From the NCBI GenBank assembly GCA_964651255.1, contig CAZYWU010000007.1, positions 7,817-71,816 on the forward strand: a DNA stretch of 64,000 nucleotides, given 5' to 3'. The DNA is from an uncultured Anaerolineales bacterium. Its GTDB lineage: Bacteria > Chloroflexota > Anaerolineae > UBA1429. The notes under the pieces are model-generated. The model was given only the letters and a program-made list of their open reading frames with translations. It ran no database searches and was not told the origin of the DNA. Positions 36,307-45,536 of this stretch are shown here, in pieces. The position numbers and the translations under genes are program-made. The number at the start of each line of letters is the position of its first letter. The first letter of the stretch is position 1.

Positions 36307-38409
36307 ATGACGGAAACGGCCCACAACGGCCTCGTTCACTATGAAATTCAGCCCGGAAGGCCCGCCCCACTCGGCGCCACGGTTGCCGGCGAAGGTGTCA
36401 ACTTTTCCATCTACTCGACCAATGCGACCGGCATCGAGTTCTTGCTCTTTGACCGTTACGATCAGGATACACCATCTCAGGTCTTCTCTCTGAATCCAGA
36501 GGTCAATCGCACCTATTACTACTGGCATCACTTTATCCCGGGACTCAAGGCCGGCGCCATCTACGCATATCGAGCGTATGGTCCGTATCTCCCTGAGGAG
36601 GGGCTGCTGTTCAACCCCAACAAGGTATTGCTGGAGCCGTATACTCGAGCCGTGGCCTATGGCGACAACTGGCGACGAGCAGAAGCCTACGGCTATGACA
36701 ATAACACCCGGTCAGCGCTCAAGTCAGTCGTGGTGGACTGTAGCACGTACGACTGGGGCGATGACCGTCCGTTGCAGAGAGCGATCGAGACCACCGTCAT
36801 CTACGAAGTACATGTGCGCGGATTCACGCGGCACGCCTCTGCCGCGGTGAGCTACCCGGGAACCTATCGCGGCTTTATTGAAAAGATCCCCTACCTGAAA
36901 TCGCTCGGCATCACGGCGGTGGAACTCCTGCCGGTGCAACAGTTTGACCCACAGGAAGTGGAACGATCCAACCCGCTGACGGGTGAGCCGCTCACGAACT
37001 ACTGGGGCTATGCCCCGGTGGCCTTTTTCGCGCCCCACCAGGGCTATGCCTGCATGCCAGGGGGCACAGCTGTAGTGGACGAGCTGCGCGACATGATTAA
37101 GGCACTGCACGCCGCGGGCATCGAGGTGATCGTCGATGTAGTGTTCAACCACACCGCCGAAGGGGACGAGAACGGACCCACGATCTCGTTCCGGGGGCTG
37201 GAGAACAGCACCTACTATATGCTGACTGAGGACCAGCGCGAGTATCTCGACTTTACCGGGTGCGCCAACACAGTCAACGCCAACCATTCGATCGTGCGCA
37301 GGCTGATCCGGGATTGCCTGCGCCACTGGGTCCAGACCTACCACATCGATGGTTTTCGCTTTGATCTGGCCTCGGCGCTGTCTCGCGACTCGCAGGGCAG
37401 GCCGATCACCAATTCGCCCATCCTCTGGGAGATCGAGTCTGACCCCGTGCTGGCCGGCACCAAGCTCATCGCCGAGGCCTGGGACGCGTCCGGGCTTTAT
37501 CAGCTGGGCGGGTTCACCGGTGACCGCTGGGCAGAGTGGAATGGCCGTTTCCGTGACGACGTGCGCCGCTTTTTCCGGGGAGACCCCGGCACGGTGCGCG
37601 ATCTGGCATGGCGCATGACTGGCAGTTTCGATCTGTTCCGGAAAAAGGTCAGCTACACCTCTCACCGCAGCATCAATTTCGTCACCGCCCATGACGGTTT
37701 CACGCTGGCAGATCTGGTGTCCTACAACCGCAAGAACAACGCGGCCAACGGCGAGGATAACCGTGACGGGACCGATCATAACCACTCGTGGAATTGCGGT
37801 GTGGAGGGCCCCACCGACGATCCGGCTGTGCTGGCGCTGCGTGCCAGGCAGATGCGCAATCTGCTGGCTACCACTCTGCTGGCCCGCGGCACACCAATGC
37901 TCCTGGGCGGCGACGAGTTTGGACGGACACAGCGCGGCAATAACAATGCCTATTGCCAGGACAATGAGATCAGCTGGTTTGATTGGACGCTGGCCGACGA
38001 GAATGCAGCCCTGGTGCGCTTTGCGCGGAACATGATCGCGCTGCGGCAACGACACCCCACTCTGACCACGGCGCACAAGATGAATGGCAAGTCCTATGAC
38101 GCCATGCTGTATGATGGTGTCACCTTTCACGGGGTACACCTGAACCAGCCCGACTGGGGCTACCACTCGCATTCACTGGCGATGCATTTTCACGCCGTGT
38201 CCAGCGATACGGGACTGTACCTGATCATGAACGCATACTATGAGCCATTGACCTTTGATCTGCCACGGGACAAGCGGTGGCGAAGGCTCATAGATACATC
38301 GCTGGCGTCGCCAGATGATATCGTCGAGGATGAGCAACACGCGCTGCTGCTTACAGAGGATCGTTACCGCGCAGCGCCCCACTCTGTGGTCGTGCTCTGC
38401 GAAGACTAG
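36307..38409 (+). CDS. glgX: Glycogen debranching enzyme (GH13, isoamylase-type)
   Basis: Start is at MTETAHNG. N-terminal CBM48, GH13 regions (GFRFDLASAL, EAWD with the catalytic Glu, FVTAHDGFTLAD), about 700 aa. Confidence 0.85.
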   Translation: MTETAHNGLVHYEIQPGRPAPLGATVAGEGVNFSIYSTNATGIEFLLFDRYDQDTPSQVFSLNPEVNRTYYYWHHFIPGLKAGAIYAYRAYGPYLPEEGLLFNPNKVLLEPYTRAVAYGDNWRRAEAYGYDNNTRSALKSVVVDCSTYDWGDDRPLQRAIETTVIYEVHVRGFTRHASAAVSYPGTYRGFIEKIPYLKSLGITAVELLPVQQFDPQEVERSNPLTGEPLTNYWGYAPVAFFAPHQGYACMPGGTAVVDELRDMIKALHAAGIEVIVDVVFNHTAEGDENGPTISFRGLENSTYYMLTEDQREYLDFTGCANTVNANHSIVRRLIRDCLRHWVQTYHIDGFRFDLASALSRDSQGRPITNSPILWEIESDPVLAGTKLIAEAWDASGLYQLGGFTGDRWAEWNGRFRDDVRRFFRGDPGTVRDLAWRMTGSFDLFRKKVSYTSHRSINFVTAHDGFTLADLVSYNRKNNAANGEDNRDGTDHNHSWNCGVEGPTDDPAVLALRARQMRNLLATTLLARGTPMLLGGDEFGRTQRGNNNAYCQDNEISWFDWTLADENAALVRFARNMIALRQRHPTLTTAHKMNGKSYDAMLYDGVTFHGVHLNQPDWGYHSHSLAMHFHAVSSDTGLYLIMNAYYEPLTFDLPRDKRWRRLIDTSLASPDDIVEDEQHALLLTEDRYRAAPHSVVVLCED

Positions 38410-38455
38410 CCCGACGCCGGTCCGGCGAAAGGCGATCCGCATAGGGGAGATTTCC

Positions 38456-39535
38456 ATGACCGAATGCCCTGTCCCATCCTTCGATCCACAACGGCCGTTC
38501 AGGCTCTCGCAGCTGGCCAAGGCCGCCGGTTGAGGTGGCAAGCGGGCCTCGCAGGCCCTGGCGCGAGTTACGCGCCGTCTGGCTGATGTGTTCGACGAAT
38601 CGCTGTGGCCGGATCTGCTGGTGGGACTGACCCTCGCCGACGATGCCGCCGCCTGGCGGCTGAGTGATGACCGGGCACTGGTGGCGACAGTGGACTTTTT
38701 CACGCCGGTCATCGATGACCCCTACGACTATGGGGCTATCGCCGCCGCCAACGCCCTCAGCGATATCTATGCCATGGGCGCAACGCCCTTTATGGCCCTT
38801 AACCTGGCCGCCTTTCCGCCCGAGATGCCGGAGGATATCCTGCTGGAGATCCTGCGCGGGGGCGCGGAGAAGGTGCGCGAGGCCGGGGCTGTGGTAGCGG
38901 GCGGGCATACCATCGATGACGACGAGCCCAAGTTTGGCTATTGCGTGCTGGGCATGGTGCATCCGGCTCGCATCGGCCGCAAGTCGGCCGCGGTGCCAGG
39001 CGACCGGATCCTGCTCACCAAGCCGCTCGGCGTAGGGATCATCACTACAGCCTTCAAGGCCGACCTGGCGGACCCTGAGCACACCTCTGTCGCCGTGGAA
39101 TGGATGAAACGCCTCAACCGCCTTGCAGGCGAGGCCCTGATCACGATCGCCCGGCCCCACGCGGTCACCGATGTGACCGGCTTTGGCCTGCTGGGGCACG
39201 CGTGGGAGATCGCATCTCAGAGCGGCGTGCGGCTGCAGTTCCGTTATGATGCTCTGCCGTTCCATCCAGGCGCCCGCCAGTACGCCGACGACTTGCTTTT
39301 CCCCGCCCTGGCCAACAACAACATGGCCGACTATGGAGAGCACGTCACGTTCAGCCTCGGTCTGGAGTATGAACAGCAATTGTTGCTGTTCACGCCAGAG
39401 ACCTCTGGCGGCCTGCTGCTCACCTTGGCCCCGGGGGACGCAGAGCGCTACATCGCCGCCGCACAGGCGTTGGAGCAGCCGGTGTGGACCATCGGCGAGG
39501 TGACAGACGGCGAACCGGCGATCGCCGTCTACTGA
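38456..39535 (+). CDS. selD: Selenide, water dikinase (selenophosphate synthetase) with in-frame UGA selenocysteine at codon 26 (TGA 38531-38533)
   Basis: The ATG at 38456 opens MTECPVPSFDPQRPFRLSQLAKAAG-TGA-GGKRASQALARVTRRLADVFDE..., which continues in the same frame into the 38588 track ORF. The TGA aligns with Cys17 of E. coli SelD (GAG-C-GCK). The downstream sequence aligns to SelD throughout (LLVGxxxxDDAAV, TTDFFxPVIDDPYDYGxIAAxNAxSDIYAMG, GGHTIDD, DVTGFGLLGH). Confidence 0.85.
38544..38558 (+). promoter_or_regulatory. Candidate bacterial SECIS hairpin (GGGCC-ucgca-GGCCC) starting 11 nt 3' of the UGA
   Basis: Perfect 5-bp GC stem with a 5-nt loop, at the canonical distance from the UGA. 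It can be extended to a longer imperfect stem (GCGGGCC...GGCCCTGGC). Confidence 0.55.
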
Positions 39536-39544
39536 CCGGGCGCC

Positions 39545-40489
39545 TCAACTGGCGCCGACGCGGGGATCCTCGTCATAGGCCGCGTAGAACTCGTTGCCGC
39601 AAAAGTCACAGACCACGGGCAGCGCATAGGCCGCGCCCTGGGCGGAGCGACGGCCCTCGCAGGCCAGGTCAAGGGCTCGCTGCGGCACTGGCACGTTCGG
39701 ATTCTTGCGCCCGCAGTACGCGCAGGTGCAGGACACAAACGCCATCGGAATGCCGAGCTTGCTCATGGTGACATTGAGGGGAATCCTGTCATCTCCGCGC
39801 GGGTTGACCCTGTGGCCGAGCACCCGGCCAGCCAGCACTGCCCTGCGCTGCTCGGTGTCCAGTAGTTCGTGATAGATGGTCCACAGCGGGCGGACCGAAT
39901 ACCGGTTGCCCGCCAGGCTGTTCCTGACATCCGCTCGAACGTCCGGATCGGGGTCGTCCAGGCGCGCAAAGAGCTCGTCAAAGGCTTCTTGCATCTCCAC
40001 GGCGTCCGGTGAGAACGCGATCATCTTTTCGCGTAGCGCCACCATATCGTCGATCTTGATCTGGCTGGCGCGCGCGATGCCCCAGCCTTTTTTTTCGACA
40101 ACCGCCCGCTCGGCTGCCTCACCCGGGCCCAGCTCGCGCAGCGCCCCCACCAGCGCAAAGAGCGCTGGCGAATCCGCCGGCTCTAGCTGAAGCGCGTCCA
40201 TCACGGGGGTGACAGGGACTCTGGCATACTCGGCGATCGCCCGGATGCTGCGGGCCGCTGCCTCCCGCACACGCACATCGCGATCGCCTACCGCCGCCGA
40301 GAGCGCGGCCCCCGCCGCATCGCTCGGAAAAGCGCCCAAAGCCTCTGCAGCCGCTGCCCGCACTGACGCGTCGGACGACGTGAGCTGTCCGATCAGGCGC
40401 GCCTGCTCTTCTGCATCAACTTCTGGCGGCGGCCCCGCAAAGAGCTGCCGTATGCGATCTATGATGGTCCTGGGTCTGGCCATGCTCAC
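39545..40489 (-). CDS. HEAT/armadillo-like repeat protein with a C-terminal Cys-rich zinc-ribbon-like motif; function unknown
   Basis: Repeated alpha-helical VRxAAAEALG-type HEAT motifs. C-terminal CTCAYCG...CDFCG cysteine pairs. Confidence 0.6.
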   Translation of the reverse strand: MSMARPRTIIDRIRQLFAGPPPEVDAEEQARLIGQLTSSDASVRAAAAEALGAFPSDAAGAALSAAVGDRDVRVREAAARSIRAIAEYARVPVTPVMDALQLEPADSPALFALVGALRELGPGEAAERAVVEKKGWGIARASQIKIDDMVALREKMIAFSPDAVEMQEAFDELFARLDDPDPDVRADVRNSLAGNRYSVRPLWTIYHELLDTEQRRAVLAGRVLGHRVNPRGDDRIPLNVTMSKLGIPMAFVSCTCAYCGRKNPNVPVPQRALDLACEGRRSAQGAAYALPVVCDFCGNEFYAAYDEDPRVGAS

Positions 40490-40989
40490 TCTCCTGGTGA
40501 CAAGTTGACACTGGCAACCTGGTCAGATTGCCTCATCTCTGGCAGCGGACATTATGACCCGGCCATCGCGTATATGTCAACAAAGCCGAACCTGCGGTTT
40601 GCATCCGAATCCCCGCCATCGATGCTGATGCCCGTACACTCACGGGGGACATCCAGTGCTCTGGCGCGAGGATGATACGATGAGTCATGGCGTTCGCCTG
40701 CAATTTCGTGAAGGCAGCCGCCTTGACGGCCCTGCGGTTGTGCTCGGCCAGAGCGTGACCGATAGCAGCGCGTGCTGACCAAAGCTGGCTCCGATCCTGG
40801 CCGAGCGCTAATCGCGTCGTCGCCTATGATGCACACAATCATCGCGGCTCAGAGTTCGTCGATCAGGTCTGTGGCTGCGATACGTTCGGAGACAAAATCC
40901 GGCGGAAGCAGTTCACGGCCTGCCCGGCGCCCGTGCCGGGCTTTCGCACAGTTTGATCAGCCCTGCGCCCCGATGGTGCGGGCTTGCCC

Positions 40990-41892
40990 TCAGCGACGGC
41001 GCGCCCGCGCCACATCGCCCTCATCCGCGCCTTTGAGCGTCGAGGGGCCGTAGCGCCGCAGGAGCAGCAGCGCCACCAGCCAGGAAGCGAGGCCCAGCAC
41101 CATCTGCGACAGGGAGGGCCAGCTCAAAAACGTGGTGGCCACGGTCCATAGCGTGAATGCCATGGCGACATAGAGCATACATATCCACAGGCTTGCGGTA
41201 TTGTTATAGAGCCAGGTCAGGATCACCGACGCGCCCACCAGATAGATGCCCCAACCGATCAGGTGCAGGGGCAGCGTCGTGCCCACTGAGGTACCGATGT
41301 ACAGCGCCAGCAGATAGGGCAGCATCCACAGAATCCACATGATGGCCACGAGGTAGGAGGATTGTTCTGCCGTGGTGCGCCGCTGCGCGAGCGCCAGCGC
41401 GGTCCCCCGCCATCCGAACTCTCCTGTGGCCAGCGTCACCAGATTAAAGAGCAGGAGCAGCGGGATCAGCCCCGGCCTGGCCCCCGCTGAGGCAGCCTCG
41501 CCACCAGTCACCAGGCCGATGACCATCGCCGGAAGCATGATCGCGACAGGAAGTACGAGGGCGATAGCATACCAGCGCCCTTGCAGACGCCAGTGCCCCA
41601 TCCGCCCCCACAGGGTGCGCACCCCCTGCGCGCCCCCCAGGCGCGCGCTGATGCCCAGCCCACTCAGGAGAGGCCCGTAGGAGCCCAGCAGGAACAGCAC
41701 CAGCACCACGACATGGACGTTGTCCACGGGAGTCACGCCGCCGCTGAGCAACCGCGCTCCGGTGAGGGGCACATACCCGGCCCGCCCCGCCAGCAGCAGA
41801 GCGGGAAGCCAGGCCGCCCAGGAGATGAAACATGCCTGGATCGTATAGGCCCAGGCCGCCGAAATTCGCTTGCCACCGCTTCTGCGCAACAT
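40990..41892 (-). CDS. Polytopic membrane protein, possibly CPBP (CAAX protease/Abi) family intramembrane metalloprotease
   Basis: About 8 TM segments. GEFGWRG resembles CPBP motif 1 (EExxxR) and LPLHLIGW resembles motif 2. The assignment is tentative. Confidence 0.5.
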   Translation of the reverse strand: MLRRSGGKRISAAWAYTIQACFISWAAWLPALLLAGRAGYVPLTGARLLSGGVTPVDNVHVVVLVLFLLGSYGPLLSGLGISARLGGAQGVRTLWGRMGHWRLQGRWYAIALVLPVAIMLPAMVIGLVTGGEAASAGARPGLIPLLLLFNLVTLATGEFGWRGTALALAQRRTTAEQSSYLVAIMWILWMLPYLLALYIGTSVGTTLPLHLIGWGIYLVGASVILTWLYNNTASLWICMLYVAMAFTLWTVATTFLSWPSLSQMVLGLASWLVALLLLRRYGPSTLKGADEGDVARARRR

Positions 41893-41919
41893 ACCGAACT
41901 CTGGCCCCTTTCAGATTCT

Positions 41920-42855
41920 CTACTGCTGCCACCGGGCACAGCGCACAGGCTCTCCGCAATCGAGGTCCCGATGACATCGATCGCAGTGCGCACAGGGCGC
42001 CGGATCCAGTCCTGCTCGGATGCGCTCCGGCCAGAAGGGATCGGCGATCAGCCCGCGGCCCACCGCGACCAGATCGGCCCGTCCCTCGCGCAACACCTCA
42101 ACAGCCCTGGAAACGTCATCGAGGCCATTGACCGCAATCACGGGCACCCCGAGGATACGGAAGGGTGCCGACCGATCGCCAGGCGCCTCGATAGAAGAGG
42201 GAGAGAGATCCAGGATGTCCACGCCGGCGTCGACCAGCGCCCGAGCCAGCGTCAGGCTCTCCTCGATGCCATATCCGGGACCCACCGGCGTATGCCGGTA
42301 CAGGAGCAGCCGGTCATCCGGCAGCACGGCCCGGATCGCCCGCACAATCTGGACAGCCAATAACATCCGGCCGTTCAACGTGGCCCCATACGCGTCCGTG
42401 CGCGTATTCTGCGTGGCTGAGAAGAACTGGTTCAGCAAAAAGCCGTGGGCGCCATGCACCTCCACACCATCGAAACCCGCTTCGGCGCAGATCCGGGCAG
42501 CCTCGGCATAGTCGCCGATCAATGCGTCTATGGCGGCCCGGTCCATCTCACCGGGCGTGACGTGCTGGCCCCTGGTGCCGGGGAAAAGCTGGATCGCCGC
42601 CAGGGCGCCGGCCTCCTGAATAGCAGTAGCCAGCGGACGCAGCCCATCGGCGGTATAGCGGTTCGCAAAGCCTGCCACGCCGGTGGCCTCTACGATCACC
42701 AAACCCACACCGCCGCGGGCGTGCTCGCCGTACCAGGCGATCGCCTCCGGCGTGTCAATGCCGCGATTGACCACCATCGGCGGCATGACGATGCGGTTGG
42801 GCAGGCAGCGCCCACGCACCTCCAGCGGCTCAAACAGCAGCGCGATTTCGGACAT
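41920..42855 (-). CDS. Old Yellow Enzyme-family NADH:flavin oxidoreductase (FMN TIM barrel) with a C-terminal Cys cluster (CxxCxxCx5C), FadH-N-terminal-like
   Basis: FEPLEVRGRCLPNRIVMPPM N-terminus. The HGAHGFLLNQF active-site block. C-terminal CAHCDRCHRDLDCGEPVRC. Confidence 0.8.
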   Translation of the reverse strand: MSEIALLFEPLEVRGRCLPNRIVMPPMVVNRGIDTPEAIAWYGEHARGGVGLVIVEATGVAGFANRYTADGLRPLATAIQEAGALAAIQLFPGTRGQHVTPGEMDRAAIDALIGDYAEAARICAEAGFDGVEVHGAHGFLLNQFFSATQNTRTDAYGATLNGRMLLAVQIVRAIRAVLPDDRLLLYRHTPVGPGYGIEESLTLARALVDAGVDILDLSPSSIEAPGDRSAPFRILGVPVIAVNGLDDVSRAVEVLREGRADLVAVGRGLIADPFWPERIRAGLDPAPCAHCDRCHRDLDCGEPVRCARWQQ

Positions 42856-42891
42856 AGATGGCGTCCCCTCTCACCCGCAGAATCGCCCGGC

Positions 42892-44241
42892 CTAGATAGA
42901 GCTCAGCAGCACCCGTGCCGCAGTCTGCACCGGGTCCCAGACCGGGGAGAAAGGCGGCGCATAGGCCAGATCCATGTCCACCAGGTCCTGCACCGTGAGT
43001 CGCGCGGTCAGGCAAGCCGCCACGGCATCGATACGCTTGCCAGAGCCGGGGCCGCCGACAATCTGCGCCCCAAGCATGCGCCCGCTGCCCTTTTCAGCAC
43101 ACAGCTTGACCCTGATCTGCGCCGCGCCAGGATAATACCCGGCCCGGGTGCGGTCCTCGATCGTGGTGCAGGCATAGTCGATGCCCAGCGCCTGAGAATC
43201 GCGCTCGCGCAGACCCGTGCGGGCGATCTCTGTATCACCCACTTTGGTAATGGCCGTCCCGACCACCCCGGGGAAGGTCGCCTGCCCACCGGTCAGGTTC
43301 AGCCCGGCGACGCGGCCCATTTTGTTGGCCACCGTGCCCAGCGGCGCCCAAACCGGCCGCCCGCTGACGCGATCGACCGTCTCAGCACAATCGCCGGCGG
43401 CCCACACATGCGGGATCGTCGTGCGCATCCTCTCATCGACCCGGATCGCGCCATGAACGCCCAGCGGCACGCCCGCCCTGGCCGCCAACTCGCTCACCGG
43501 CTGCGCGCCGGTGCCAAAGACCACCAGATCCGCGGCTAGCGTCTGGTTGCTGAGCACCACGCCGGTCACGTGACCGTCCGAATCTACCAGCGCCCGCGGA
43601 CTCTCGTTCAAGTAGAGCATGACGCCGATATCCCGCAGCGCCTGCGTCGCCAGGGCGCCCATATCGGGGTCCAGCGTCGACATGACCTCCGCCCGACGGT
43701 GCACCAGCGCGGTGTCGATGCCGCGCAGGCGCAGCGCCTCCGCCACCTCCAGCCCGATATAGCCGCCACCGATGACCACGGCCTGTTGAGGAGCACGCTC
43801 GTTGATCGACTCCCACAAAGCGATGCCGCTGGCCAGGCCCCGCAAAGCGAACACGCCCGCGGCATCCGTGCCGGGGATGTTGGGGAACACCTCGCGAGCG
43901 CCGGTGGCGATCAGCAACTCGTCGTACGGCTGGACAAACGCGTCGCCCCCGCGCGCAGCCACTGTGACCTCTCGGGCCTCAGTGTCGATGGCAGTGACCT
44001 CGTGCCCGGTGAACACCTGAATGTTTTGCCGCGCAAATTGCTCGGGGCGGCGCGCGATCAACCGCTCGGGCCCGCTCACCTGCCCGCCCACCAGGTAGGG
44101 CATACCGCAGGCGGCGTAGGAGATGTGCTCCCCGCGCTCATAGACGATAATCTCGAGATCGGCGTCCCGACGGCGCGCCTGCGATGCGGCGCTCATACCC
44201 GCCGCATCGCCGCCGATCACCACCAGCCTGCGTGCCGCCAC
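42892..44241 (-). CDS. FAD-dependent pyridine nucleotide-disulfide oxidoreductase, CoA-disulfide reductase / NADH oxidase (Nox) subfamily
   Basis: GGDAAGMSAA FAD motif, redox Cys in SYAACGMPY, a second Rossmann (VIGGGYIGLE) and the dimerisation domain. Confidence 0.85.
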   Translation of the reverse strand: MAARRLVVIGGDAAGMSAASQARRRDADLEIIVYERGEHISYAACGMPYLVGGQVSGPERLIARRPEQFARQNIQVFTGHEVTAIDTEAREVTVAARGGDAFVQPYDELLIATGAREVFPNIPGTDAAGVFALRGLASGIALWESINERAPQQAVVIGGGYIGLEVAEALRLRGIDTALVHRRAEVMSTLDPDMGALATQALRDIGVMLYLNESPRALVDSDGHVTGVVLSNQTLAADLVVFGTGAQPVSELAARAGVPLGVHGAIRVDERMRTTIPHVWAAGDCAETVDRVSGRPVWAPLGTVANKMGRVAGLNLTGGQATFPGVVGTAITKVGDTEIARTGLRERDSQALGIDYACTTIEDRTRAGYYPGAAQIRVKLCAEKGSGRMLGAQIVGGPGSGKRIDAVAACLTARLTVQDLVDMDLAYAPPFSPVWDPVQTAARVLLSSI

Positions 44242-45506
44242 TACTGGATGTACCCCAGATACTGGCTCTGGCGTTCCAAAATCGTATCGAGCATCGCCTC
44301 TGCCGCCGCAACCTTGTCCACATTGAGGTCGGCCAACAGCGCCTGCATAACCACCTTCCTTGAGCCGGTCAGCACCGCCTCCGCGGTCAGTTCGTGGATG
44401 GCCACCTGGTTCTGCAACAGCCCCAGGAACCCGGCGGGGATCCTGGGCAACGGCGTGCCGTGCACACCGCTGCCGTCGATAGTGCCGGGCACCTCGACCG
44501 CGATATCGTTTGGCAGCCCGTCGATCAGCCCACGGTTGGGCAGGTTGAGTGCGGCCTCATGGGCCAGCTCGCCCGAGACCATCGCCTCAATGATGGGGAT
44601 CACGCGCTCGCCCTCCTGGAACTGGTCCAGACTGAGCACCGCCGCTGGCGCACGCCCATGGGCATACTCTTTGTAGTGGGCGTAAAAGTCGAGGATGCCC
44701 TTGTGATCGACCACATCGTGCGCCCACTGCAGGTACTCGCCCAGGTGGCTGTCGGTAGTAATGGGCAGCAGGTCATAACGCCGCAACAACTCCATGAACA
44801 GGCCGCGCTCGACACTCCCCTGAAAGTATTCGGGGGCCGCGGCACGGATATCCGGATAGGCGTCCTCGCCGGTATCTTTGTAGCGCGCCTCCAGCAGCAT
44901 GGAAAAGTGGTTCAAGCCGCCAGCCACCAGCTCCAGGTCCTCGATGGGGCGTCCCAGGATGCCGGGCAGGTGCCGGCCCAACGAGGCGATCTCATGGCAC
45001 AGGCCCACCAGATGCAGATCCGGGTACTTGTGGTGCACGGTGGTGCAGATGCGGCTCATGGGATTGGAAAAGTTGATCACCCAGGCGTCGGGGCAGAGCC
45101 GCATGACGTCGTCGCAGATCGCCAGGATCGGCGGGATGATCCGCAGGGAGTGAAACAGCCCGCCGGGGCCGCCATTCTCCCCATAGACCTGACGAAAACC
45201 ATACTGCTGCGGAATCCTCCAGTCCTGTTCCCAGAGCTCGAACCGGTCACCGACCTCAATCGAGATGATGATATAGTCGGCGCCCTTGAGGGCCGTCTCC
45301 CGGTCCGGCGTCGCCTCGATCGTGTAGGGCAGCCTGTGCTCCTTGACATGCGCCAGGCCGACCTCGTGCACCCGGGCCAGAGCCGTCGGATTGATGTCAT
45401 GCAGCACCACCGTGCTACCCTCCAGCACCTTGCTGCGAAAGACATCCGCCAGCGTGCCAAGGCCAAATTGCGCGCTCCCCGCCCCTACCAGAACCACACG
45501 AGCCAT
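44241..45506 (-). CDS. GH4 family glycoside hydrolase (NAD+/Mn2+-dependent alpha-glucosidase / alpha-galactosidase / 6-phospho-glycosidase type)
   Basis: N-terminal Rossmann VVLVGAGSAQFG, the GH4 Cys/His metal-site block (NFSNP...GLCHE), about 420 aa. Its stop overlaps the start of the downstream oxidoreductase. Confidence 0.85.
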   Translation of the reverse strand: MARVVLVGAGSAQFGLGTLADVFRSKVLEGSTVVLHDINPTALARVHEVGLAHVKEHRLPYTIEATPDRETALKGADYIIISIEVGDRFELWEQDWRIPQQYGFRQVYGENGGPGGLFHSLRIIPPILAICDDVMRLCPDAWVINFSNPMSRICTTVHHKYPDLHLVGLCHEIASLGRHLPGILGRPIEDLELVAGGLNHFSMLLEARYKDTGEDAYPDIRAAAPEYFQGSVERGLFMELLRRYDLLPITTDSHLGEYLQWAHDVVDHKGILDFYAHYKEYAHGRAPAAVLSLDQFQEGERVIPIIEAMVSGELAHEAALNLPNRGLIDGLPNDIAVEVPGTIDGSGVHGTPLPRIPAGFLGLLQNQVAIHELTAEAVLTGSRKVVMQALLADLNVDKVAAAEAMLDTILERQSQYLGYIQ

Positions 45507-45536
45507 GTCACACCTCCTTTGTCAATGACAACTTTG

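Noticed and set aside
38315-38533. 72-aa ORF ending in TGA directly upstream of a 5'-short selD ORF. This could be read as a pseudogenised or frameshifted selD.
   Set aside because: Same frame on both sides of the TGA. The TGA aligns with the Cys/Sec codon of SelD and a SECIS-like hairpin follows. This is a Sec readthrough, not a disruption. The real start is the ATG at 38456, not the track M at 38315.
40670-40769. 33-codon plus-strand ORF (MSHGVRLQFREGSRLDGPAVVLGQSVTDSSAC) in the 500-bp gap.
   Set aside because: No RBS, no recognisable motif, and an isolated position. It is kept only as a note inside the intergenic-gap finding.
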